The notes under the pieces are model-generated. The model was not told the DNA's origin. It did no database searches and saw only the letters and a program-made list of their open reading frames with translations. Below, piece after piece: positions 29,517 to 40,700 of a DNA stretch of 64,000 nt. The stretch covers positions 62,001 to 126,000 of the forward strand of contig LSRY02000005.1 of the NCBI GenBank assembly GCA_001643675.2, read 5' to 3'. The number at the start of each line of letters is the position of its first letter. The stretch's first letter is position 1. A program made the position numbers and the translations under genes. The stretch comes from Monocercomonoides exilis PA203 (Eukaryota; Protista; Preaxostyla).

Positions 29517-30944
29517 TCAAACATTCACAGAATAATCAGATATTTTCAACGATAAACCATTATAATATTTTCTGTTAAGAAAATGAAAGATTTTATGAAA
29601 ACTCTCGATGCAATCTTCATATCCTTCTTCTTCCATCCTTTCAAATATCTTTCTTTTCTTTTCATTTCTTTTTTCTTCTTCTTTTTCATCTTTCTCCTTT
29701 CCTTTCAATTTCCTTGAAATTAAATTAAAAAAATGCAAGCTTCCACCTGCCATTTCGTCAACAATTGTTGTCCCATGAATCTCCTCCAAAACAGCATCAA
29801 TTGCTCCACCTTTCAGCAAATCATCAACTTTCATATTTCTCTTTTCTGCTGCTCCTCTTAATGAATGAAGGCATTGATGGCTTGTATCTGGGTAATTATC
29901 CTTTGCTGCTCGATATAACCCCACAATACTGCTGATAAGTTCAACAAGTTCTTCATTCCACAATTTGCACGGGGGAATGAAATTATTAATTACATCCAGC
30001 CATCTCTTTAAAGCAATCTCTTCTTCCGTTTCTTTTCTTCTTTGTTCTTTCTTCTTCCAATCAATACATCTTGTTAGCTCTTCCAATTCTCTTACTTCTT
30101 CTCTTGGTAAATGCAGTTCATCCAAAATCATTCCTTCCAAACTTCCTTCATTTCTCAATCTGTTTTTCAAAAACTCCATGCAGACTGATAGGCGAGTTGA
30201 GTCAGGTTGTGATTTTTTTGATGATATTGGATGATTTCTTTGATTTCATTCACAAACAGCTCTTTTTCCACCTTCAATTACAGAAAATTGTTAAAAGAAA
30301 AATCAACATTCAATGATAATGAAAAAATTTCAGGCATCAATTATCCATGTGTTACTCAAGGAAAGCAATGACATTTCCACTTCCTTTTCAACTTTCTCAT
30401 TTCTCTCCTTTTTCAAAGATTCTTTCAGAAGGATAGGGACGCACATTGTTTTTTATTCTTCACTTATATCATAGTCATGGGGCATGAGATAGCATATGCA
30501 AAGATCAGCAAGAAGCCTTTCATTCTTTTCTTCTTTTTTCTCATTTTCTTCAAAAATCATCTTCTCAAATCTTTTACACAACGAAGATTCTTTAAAAGAA
30601 AACAATAAAATAAATATCATTATTTTATAATATCCAACGATCTTTAACAACAAAATTGCATTTTCCATCGAAAGTTTCTTTTCTTCAATCATTTGGTGAA
30701 TTTTGTTGAACAGCTTTTCTGTGAAAACTGATTCGAATTTTTTTTCATTCATTTCATCAATTAATCTATTCATTTCCTCTATTTTCTGCATTTGTTCTTC
30801 CTCATCGCAATTTTCAAGTCCATTAAACAATGCTTCAAAATTACAAAGAAAGAAATGCAATTTCCAAAAATTCAAATGCAGCAATGGATGCAAACCAGTA
30901 AACTTTTCAGTGACGTTCATTTCCCTCGACTTTTTGCAAAACAC
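29517..30944 (-). pseudogene. Disrupted member of a multicopy Glu/Lys-rich helical (ARM-like) hypothetical protein family
   Basis: ORFs 30453-30944 and 29517-30179 plus the intervening sequence (EKEVEMSLLSLSN, NEIKEIIQYHQKNHNLTRLAYQSAW) read as one protein broken by a TAA at 30453 and a frameshift near 30175. The family was recognised from memory of oxymonad proteins. Confidence 0.6.
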
Positions 30945-33264
30945 ATCATTCAGAAGACATCAACAATTTTATCAATACAAATGAAAAGAAAAATCGAGGC
31001 AGAAAATCAATGACAAATACTATATTTTCAAAACTTTCTGGAAAATGTCTTTCCTCAAACCACTCTTTTTATGAAAGCACTTTTGGCAAGGTATTGCAGA
31101 GAAAAAATAAACGCTTAATCCTTGTTGGTTTGTTGTTATGGATGTTTTGATCGAATTATTATTATTGAACACGAATGGAAATTTTTTTCATGATGAGAAT
31201 TTGCCAATAAATATATCTTGTAGAATTGGAGATATTATGTTTTGTGGTGGAACTATACAGCGACGGAGGGGAATTGATGATGGAATTGAGAGAGATGATT
31301 AAAAAAAGACATCTTGGAAGGAAATGCAGCAATTTGGTCAGTTGAAAGAAAATGTTATGCGTTTGTATTTTTTCTTCATTCTTGTTCATTTTAAAGATGC
31401 TTCCATCTGTGGCCTTCTCAGAGTGCAAGAATATGAAAAATTGAATAAATGGCTATTCTTTTGCTTTTCTGAGGAGATCATAAGAAGAGAGCTATGCCGA
31501 GAGACAATCAGCAAATGAGAATTGAAGATTTTTTGTATTCAGTTGGGAGAGGGGATGAAAATAAATCAATTTCAAGCATTTGGATGAGAGCAAAAAGGAA
31601 TGAAAACAATTGGACAGTTATTGGAATGAATAGAATTCGGAGATATTTTTTTCAGGAAAAAAAATGGATGAAAACATAGAAAGAAGGATATTTAAGGAGA
31701 AAAAAGGATGAAGGAGAAAGGAGCAAAGGGAAACAACGGAAAAGGAGATTGACAGCATCAGTGATTGAACAACCTTCTGCATTTGCGATAGAAAGGACAT
31801 ATGTGCTCTTTTGAGGAATTTTTTTAATCAATGCAAGACAAATAATTTTTATTTTATATCTTTTTTTCTCACTAATAACAGCTTTTTTTCATGTTGTGCA
31901 TCATTTTCAGGAACAATCCATTTCAATCGTAATTTTTTCAAATCAAGTGGTTCCTTCTCCTTCTCCTTCTCCTTCTATCTCTTCATTGACGATATTTTTT
32001 TAACTTGGCTGATGAAAAGAGCAGCTTCATCTTATTTGAGAATTAAGTTGTTTGAATAGCCATCAAATTCTCATGTTGCGACACACAATGAAACTACTGT
32101 CTGTTGCTGCTGTTGGCTGTTATGAAATTCGAATCCATTCAACATTTCTTCATTTTCTTCAATGAGTCTTGTTCGCCTTTGTCGCCCAGCTCGTCCAAAG
32201 AGAATCATTGAACTCATTTTATTCCATTTCTCTTTTTGATTCTTTTTCTTCTTCCATTTTCCTTTTCTGCAAAGGCAATTGCTGCACATCATTCAACAAA
32301 AAAGTTAATGATGGCTTTGCAACACACCAACATCATCGAACTCATTTTCTTTCATTTCCTGTTTCAATTCAATTTCATAATTGTTATTGCCCCATCATCA
32401 TCTTCTCCCATTTTCTTCCCCTATTTTTCTGCACATATTGCGTTTTTGTGCAAATAAGTAATTTTTTGTATTTCGCTCTGTCTTTCTTTGAACCAAATGA
32501 AGAAAAGGCGACTTTTTGAGGATGAATATTCGCCGTTGGAGCTCCAAGTGATGTGATCCTTATAATCCACCTCTTCAGTTAAATTTCTTTATCTATTTAA
32601 TTGCAAGACATGTATTCACGACAAAGCAACGAATCTGCCTTCCATTAGCCTGCTGTCGATGAAGTTGCAATCAGAGACGGAGAATAGAACAAGAAATCTG
32701 TGAGATCTCCGTTGTGTCTTCAACTGATGATAGTTCAAAATTAAATCACGTAGCGATATAGGTTGGACGAACGTTCATTCAACTATGAATGAGATAGATT
32801 GGAAGAAGAAGCAGTTACAAGCATTGAAACTTTGTCGCATCCCGCTTCTCACAAAATTTGATAAATGCATTTTGTCTTTCTCATTTCCACTGAATCAAAA
32901 CACAAGTTCATTGTTGAAGAAGTGTAAAAATGGCTATATAATTCTTTGATAAAGAAACCATTTCCACCAATATCTTCAATGGACTTAAAAAAATACTTGC
33001 AGTTCCTTTTATTGGACGAAAGTTACAAGGTAATTCTCTCTCTTCAACTTTTTGAGATTCAGTTATCTTGATATGCCTCATCAACTCACCAAGGAAACGT
33101 TGTGCATTCATATTCAACTGAAGAGTCCACCACTTTATCATAACCGCCAAACTATTGCGCATTTTGCAACAATATTTTTCTCAATTCACTTTTCCTGCGT
33201 AAGGTGAGGAGCGAGCGGCGAGTGATGCCTAAGAAGCTTCTCGGATGAATAAGTTAATTCTTCT

Positions 33265-34700
33265 TGTGTTCTTTGTTGGATGCATTTATTGACTGTTGTT
33301 TGTTTCTTCTTTTGAGCCAAAAATCATGCAAACAAGCAACCAGGAAAGATGAAAGCAACAAAAACAACTCTTGGAAGCACTTTTCTCAAAAGCATGTTTT
33401 TGATTGGTCAGAAAACCATTCATCATCTTCATAAAATAAAAAAATTTGAAAAAGTTATAATTAGGAAAACGAAAAGAATTGAATCACATTATTGAATACC
33501 CACATATAACCAAGAGCAAAACCTGCAATAAATTCAAAGGCAAAAAAAATGGAGCAAGCATTATTCAGAAAGTGGCTTGAAATGAATTTCCACAAACTGA
33601 AATAATATGTCTCCCATTCGGTTCAAACAGCATTCGCACAGCTTCAGCAAAGTTCAGCTTGAACTCCGCTCGATCTTTCAGAAAGGGCAATTGATTGCAT
33701 GCTCGAGACTTCCACAAGCATCGAAATATTACCGTTTTCAGAGGATCCGTTTTCTGTTCAGAAAAGATCTTGCAACCTCATTTGAGTCTCCATCGTTGGC
33801 AAATGCCGTTTGTGCTTTTTGAAGAAGATGCAGTTGAAGCCATTCGCACACTCACAATGATATGAGCGAGCTGCTTGAATCAGGGATCTGCGAGTTGCAC
33901 TCAGATGGCATCTGGTAATCAACTGCATCAGCAATGGTCATGACCATTGCTCCTTCTGGAAAGTGCTGGATGAACTCCTTCTTCAAATCAGTGAGTGTCG
34001 GCCGATCGTTTGGCTGCTGGCACAATGTGCATCTCACTGCGTTGCTCAAAGACGAGTTTTCAACAGCCTCTGGCTTTGGCTTTTCGCCATTCACAATCTT
34101 CTGCCCTGCCACCTCTGCTGGATACTCCCCAAACGGGATCTGCAGCGTCAAGCACTCCCACAGCATCATCCCAATCGAAAAGGCAACTGACTTCTTTGTT
34201 GCTCCCATCTTCTTGTTCATCAGCAGTTCTGGTGCCTTCCACCTCAGACACTCTTTTTTGAAGTCATCCTCATCCTCAAATGCCGATGAGGGAAGTGAAT
34301 CATCATCATCATCATCGTCAGTTGCAGATGTGACAACTGTTGATGAAGAGATGGATGAGGAATCAGAATCATCAGATAAGAAGTCTGAGTGCATCACAAT
34401 GCAGATCACCATGTGTTCTGAGAACAGAACAATGTGAGGACTCAGACTGGATAATGATTGGAGAGGATTTTCCATTTCATCAAATGAGTGGAGTGCGAGA
34501 TTGGCCACCCAGAACAGGATTTGGGCAGCTGTCTGTTCTCTTTGTTGAAGGCTTCCAATCGCCATCTCCTTTTTCTCGTTCCTCCCATGAAGAAGCATGA
34601 ACAGCGAATCCCTCAGATCAACAATCAGTTTCTCATGAGGCGATGAGCAGGCCATTGCATCCACCAGATTCGACATGGATGAAGTGGTTGGACACAGACT
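33265..34700. repeat. Dispersed direct repeat, copy 1 (pseudokinase 3' end plus ~590 bp non-coding flank); copy 2 at ~62550-64000
   Basis: Co-linear by eye. For example, ttttgagccaaaa(a)tcatgcaaacaagcaaccaggaaaga occurs near 33310 and near 62597, and the stop-codon context is identical at 33852 and 63148. Confidence 0.9.
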
Positions 34701-37700
34701 CTCCGATCGAACAAAAGTTGAATCTGAATCAGTCGTTGAAGTGGATGAGATGGAAGGTGAAGGAGTTCTCTTCCTTATCTCTTCTTCCTCAACCTTCTCC
34801 AGCATCCATTCTGGGATCTTGTCTGAATCTTTCCCCAGAATGTATTCTGTTGAGCCACTCTCACTTAACAAATGCTCTGATGACTCTGAATGTTCCATAT
34901 TCGTATCATACACCCTCTTCTTCACATTTCTTTCGTTATTCTGCTCTGCCTCCCTCTCTGCTCTCCTCCATTGCTCCTCTGGTGACATCTCCATCGTCAC
35001 CATCTCAATCAGCTTCGGATCTTTTCTGATGTTATCATTCACAATCCCTCTCAGATCTTCTGCTTCATTCTTGACCTTCCTCCACCGAAGTGTTGAAATT
35101 ACTGCAATGATGAGAACAATCAATAAAACCACAACAAGGATAATAACAATCAACAACCAATACGATTTCCCTTCTTTTCCTCCCTCGACAATTCTGTCAT
35201 CTCTATTAGCCTTGGGCTCACTTCTGTTCTTCACAATGAAAGAATCAGTTGATGATTGTTTTCCAGCATCTCCAAACAGAATGCACACTCTCACTTCTGC
35301 CTCGTTTTCTGCCTCATTTATTGATTCCTTTGCCAATCTCCCTTCAACTTCTGTCTCTGACACATATCCACTCTCATCACACTCATGCTTTTCTATCTGC
35401 TTTTCTTCTCCAATCTCCTTCACAACCATTACCGACAAGCTGCATGGGAGAAGCAGCTTTCCTTTGAACACAATCTCCACTTCTTCTCCCACTTCTTTTG
35501 TTTCCACACCCTCCAACACGGGAATGAAGAGTGATGAGTCCCTTTCAGATACAATCCCTTCAAAATTGCATCCTTCATTCAGAATCCAAAGTGAAGAATT
35601 ATCTTTAACCCCATCTCCTCCTTTCAAACTCATCACATTCAATGCTCCAGAATCAGAACAAATAATGTTTCTTCTCGCTGATGGGTAATTCTCAATCGAA
35701 GGATTGTTATCCACAAACTCCCCTTTTGCAATCGTCACAGATCCTCCACTCACACTCATCCCTCCCTTCGACGAGTTGTAAATCGTGGTGTCTCTCACAA
35801 CTGTTTCACTCATCGACAAGTCAACAACTGACCCATTCCATCGGCAGACTTCATCAGTGATCTTATTCCCTTCTTTTCCTGAAACCAAATTCCCTTCAAA
35901 CACACACGAATCCATTAATATCTTCTCCGCATTTGTTATCGCCATCTGACTCCCCTTTGCCGACTCTGATGTGCACTCGTGAAAAGAGCAGTTGAATATC
36001 TCAAAACCACTCATCGGATGTGTAGTGAAAACAATGCAAGAAATACTGGCCGATTGACTGATGTTTGTGAATGATGACAACACCAATGACAAAACAAGTG
36101 ATGAGTGGCTGTTTTCAAATGAGATCAGACTTTTCTCCTCCAACCCAACTTTTGTGGCTGCTAACTTCGAAACACTCACTTTCTCACTTTTCCCACATTC
36201 AATCAACGAACTCTTGCATTCCACATCATCCACTCCCACATCCTCAAATGTTGCCCTTTCTGAATGCAATATCTCAAATACAGGCTTCGAGAAGCTCAAG
36301 TGGCTAACAATGCACAGATCTGCCTCAAATACCCCTTCTTCAACAACAATCAGAGAAAAGTCAAAAATGGTCTGTGTATTTTCTACTATTCTGCTCTCTG
36401 AATGAAATGAAACAGATTCCAGAATGAGAGATTCATTCAGCTGGTGTATCAAGCACGAGCAGACGACATTTCCCATTCCACCAAAAACAAATGATACCTT
36501 CTCAAATCGAACAGACTCTGATGTCGTCACAACTCCTTCACCAGCCACCTCAATCTCTCTCACTTTTATCTCAGCATTCCTGTTTGCTTCCATCGACTTG
36601 ATTGTGACCTTCTGAGCAGAGCATGAACCAGTTAGTGTTGTTTCATTCCATATTAGCATCTGCGAATAACCCGATGGGATGATGTGACTCACCCCAACAT
36701 TCAGTGATCTGCATGTGCTCTTCATTTCCCCGCAGTTCTTGCTGTCGCTGCTATTCCCTGCAACCGATGAAACAAATATGAATTCGCTCCTTAACACAAA
36801 CACCCTCCCTAACAGATCCTCTTCATTCCCATAATGATCTAACGTGCATCCCCATATTGCCAGATCCCTCACAAATAGCTCCCCAAAATTTATCAGGAAC
36901 TGTGACTCACTTATTTGCGAGTCAAGATCAGTGCACTTCACAAACACATCTCTCCCCTTCAGTGCAACATTCCCTCGGAATGTGATGTTCGACAGCACAA
37001 ATGGCAATGCCTTTTGTGAGACACTTTGCGATTTTAAAAACAATCCTCCGCCTCTCCCAGTGTTCGAGCAGAAACATTCTGTCACATTTGTGTGATTCAT
37101 TTCCAATCTCCCCTTTTCATTGAGAAGGAAAAACATTCCTCCTCCTTCATTCGAGCTTGTCGATCCACATTTATCAATTGTCGAATTCTCCATTTTCATT
37201 CTCACTTCATTTGTCACATCACAGAAAAGCAGTGAAGGGTTGTTTGTCAAATTATTCTTCACATTCGCAAATGTGCATTGACCAAATAGAATATTCCACT
37301 CTTCTTCTGAATTATCATTCCAATTCACAGTAATCATTCTTTCACTCATCGCAATTGCACTTTTCTCACTCAATGAAATTGTTTCAAATGAAACATTGTT
37401 CATTATTATCACACAACAAGCTGATATGCACAGTATCTCATGCATTGATGTCAACCCTGCTATCTTTGACTTTTCAATCTCAACAATTCCTTTTGAAGCT
37501 CCAATCAACACAAATGACAATTCACCTTCAGCATTGTCACTCATGTGAATTGAGCATCCAATAACACTTGTTTTGATTGTATCTGAGTCTGTCTGGATGA
37601 GGATGTTTGCATCATTATCGAAGGCAGTTATGATCAGAATCCCCACTTCTTTGAATTGAACAACCCCTTTGCATTCAACAACAGCATCCTTGTCTCCTTC

Positions 37701-40700
37701 AATTGCTTTCACAAACATGATTTTGTCAGTTTCGCTATTTGTTCCTTCCAGGCTCATCCCACTCACGCTCATTTCACTCCTCACATCACAAATCCCCTGA
37801 ACTGCAATTGATTCGATTCCCAAACTACTCCCTCTCTTCAGCCCATAATCAACAGACCCGCACGGATACTCCAATAGCCCACACACAACCACATTGTTTC
37901 CTTCCCGTGCAACATGAACACTTGATCCAATAGATTTCCAGAAATAGATCAGTGGAATCGCACATTCCCTGTTCCTTCCATCATACCCTCTCATCGAGTC
38001 TTCTGTCAATGTCTCCAATCTATCTTTCACAAAAGGCAGAGTTTCATTCTTAACGCTCTTTGTAAGCGATGGAGATGAAATAAACAAATCTTTCCCATAT
38101 TTCGCATTATTCGGCTTTTCAGATGAAATAGTTGGTGAGAATATCACAAACCCCACTTCCTCCTCTTCTTCTTGTTTCAATATCTTCATCATTATTCCTC
38201 CCCCATATCCAATTGCTTCCCCTTCATATGGAGCTGCGCAGCTATAAAACTCACACCCATTCATCAACAGATTTGTATTTGCAGATGCTTCATAAAAGAG
38301 TGCTCCCCCTCCGATCTCTTCTTCCTCTCCAACAACAGAACATCCTTTAAATGTGCAGTCAAATATTTCCACTTTGTAATCTCCATTTTCATCCTCATTG
38401 TTTGAAACACTTATGCATCCTCCACTTCCCTTCGAACGAGTGATCGATGAAAATGTGCATCCAGACATCTCTTCAATTTTTCCGTTGTGGCACTCAACAA
38501 CACATCCATCGACAAATGTGATTTCGGAAAAATCACTATGAGTCATATTCATCGAAGGCACACTTTCTGCATTCCCCTCAACAACAAATATCGATGAATC
38601 TCCAATTTTCATATTCTCTGATCCAAACTCACTCACCTCCACAGCCCCTCCAATAGCCTTCACAAGCACTGTCGAAATAGCCTCAGTGCCTCCTTCCATC
38701 CCACATTTGTTCAGCGTGAGTTTCCCTGAACAGCACTCAAACACACTTTCATGAAAAGTCAGGGATTTAATCAAAGAAAATACAATTCCAGTTACAGATA
38801 CAGTGATTGTGCTTTCTATTAGTGCATTTTGTGCTCCATCTATCAAATCACAAACAACACATTTCATTTTTTTCTCCTTTGCTTTGATGTTCCACTCATT
38901 TGCACTCAAGCTCAATTCCTCCTCAAATGAAAATGAATCAATGATTGAGATATATTTTTTCCTATCCTCAAAATGAACTGATGCTGCCTTCGAAATAGTG
39001 GAACATGGAAACTCTTCAAATCCACACTTCGAAAAATCATGGCTCAATGATCCTCCTCCCACAAACGCTGGAGCTGAAAAGTTATTCCATAAATAAACGC
39101 ACAGTGGAATTGGAAACGATTCATCCCCATTTTCATATCCCTGAGTCTTGTTCTTTGTTTCTAACGAAGCTGTCAATGAAGTGATCTTCCCACTTTTTGC
39201 TGTTGTTTCCAGATCGATTGAGTCAATAAAAATGTCACTTCCCCATTTAGCTCTGTTCCCTTCAAATCCTGATGAGATCAGAAAGTTTGCATTTATATTG
39301 CTCACTTTCAGCCCAATCCCTCCTCCTCTCCCTTGTGTGGTTGAGGCATAACAGTTCTTCACAACACCTCCATTCATCTTCAATGAATTCCCACTTCCAA
39401 CTTCAACCATTATTCCCCCTCCAAACTCAGAATCTTCACTCCCACAGCCATCAATCGTGCATCCTTCAAGAGTTATTGAATGCGACCCTTCATCCACACT
39501 CATCATTGATGATCCGGCTGTTGTTCTTACAATATTGCCGAACACACAGTTATCCAGGGACAATGAAGCAGATGATCCTTGAGAAAGTGATATCACACTT
39601 GTGGTGCTGAATGTTCTACCCCATCTCACATCTTGCATCTTCAACTCTCCCCCTTCAATTTTCACAAGCGAGTTCTGAATGCTCCTCTCTTCTGAATGAG
39701 CTGAATCCATCGATATGTTCATTCGCTTCACATCTATCAACCCGCTTCCCTCGACCTCAAACAGTCTGCCTTGCCTGTTGTTTTCAAACGATGTATTGTG
39801 GATTACAGACAGATCATTCACACTCAACTCCCCTGCTCCAACACAAAACAGACTCAGTCCATTTGTCTCAAATTGTGTCTCAATAGAAGAGCCAGATGAA
39901 GAATCCCCATTCACAGTGATCGTTTTCTCGCCAATATCAATTCCTTTGTCTTCCACAACTGTTCCTCTCAACACCTTAATTTCCTCCACAAACCCCACAA
40001 TCATTTGGGAAAGGCAATGGCTGATTGTGAGACATGCACAACTTTCATTCAACCCACAGCTGAATGTATCTTTTGCATTCGCTTGACTCTCCTTTGATGA
40101 AATGAATCTGCTCCTTCCTCCTTTGTTGGGAAGCCAATCACTTTTATCTCCACCTGCATAATATCTCACTCCTTCTATTCGTGTAGAAAAGCACAAAACA
40201 AGTTGAGAATCTGTGGAGTTATCTGCAATATAAATATCATTTCCATAGGGTGCTGTATTATTATGGAAAAAGCAAAACCAAAGCAAGCTTCCCCCATAGC
40301 TCGTCAATTTCACAGCAACGCCACCTCCGTGATAATCAGAGTGGCTATCTTGAAATAGACAATTTCTTGTAACAACTTTATCAATTGGATTCCAATTTAT
40401 ATAAGCCCCACCGTCTGTGCTTCTAGGATCGTGTCCGCTGCAATTAATGAATGAACAATCCAAAACGCAATCCTTTGTTTTAATTGTTTGAATAGAAACA
40501 ATTGCCAAACCTCCTCCGTCATCTTCTGACCAACCATCTTTAAATAGACAATTTTCAATTATTGCTTGTTGAGATAAATCACGAACTTCAACACCTGCTC
40601 CACCGAACTCCGTTGATGCCATGCAATAACACTCTTTAAATGAACAGTGCTTTACAGTGCATTCTGCAATATTCGAAGCATATATTCCTCCTCCTCTTGT

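Noticed and set aside
33607-33822. 71-aa ORF present in both duplicated flanks (also 62903-63118)
   Set aside because: The two translations differ at about 13 positions, many non-conservative, so there is no sign of protein-level selection. It is best explained as duplicated non-coding flank.
34675-35688. 337-aa and other + strand ORFs overlapping the receptor gene
   Set aside because: Antisense shadows of a long Glu/Lys-rich coding strand.
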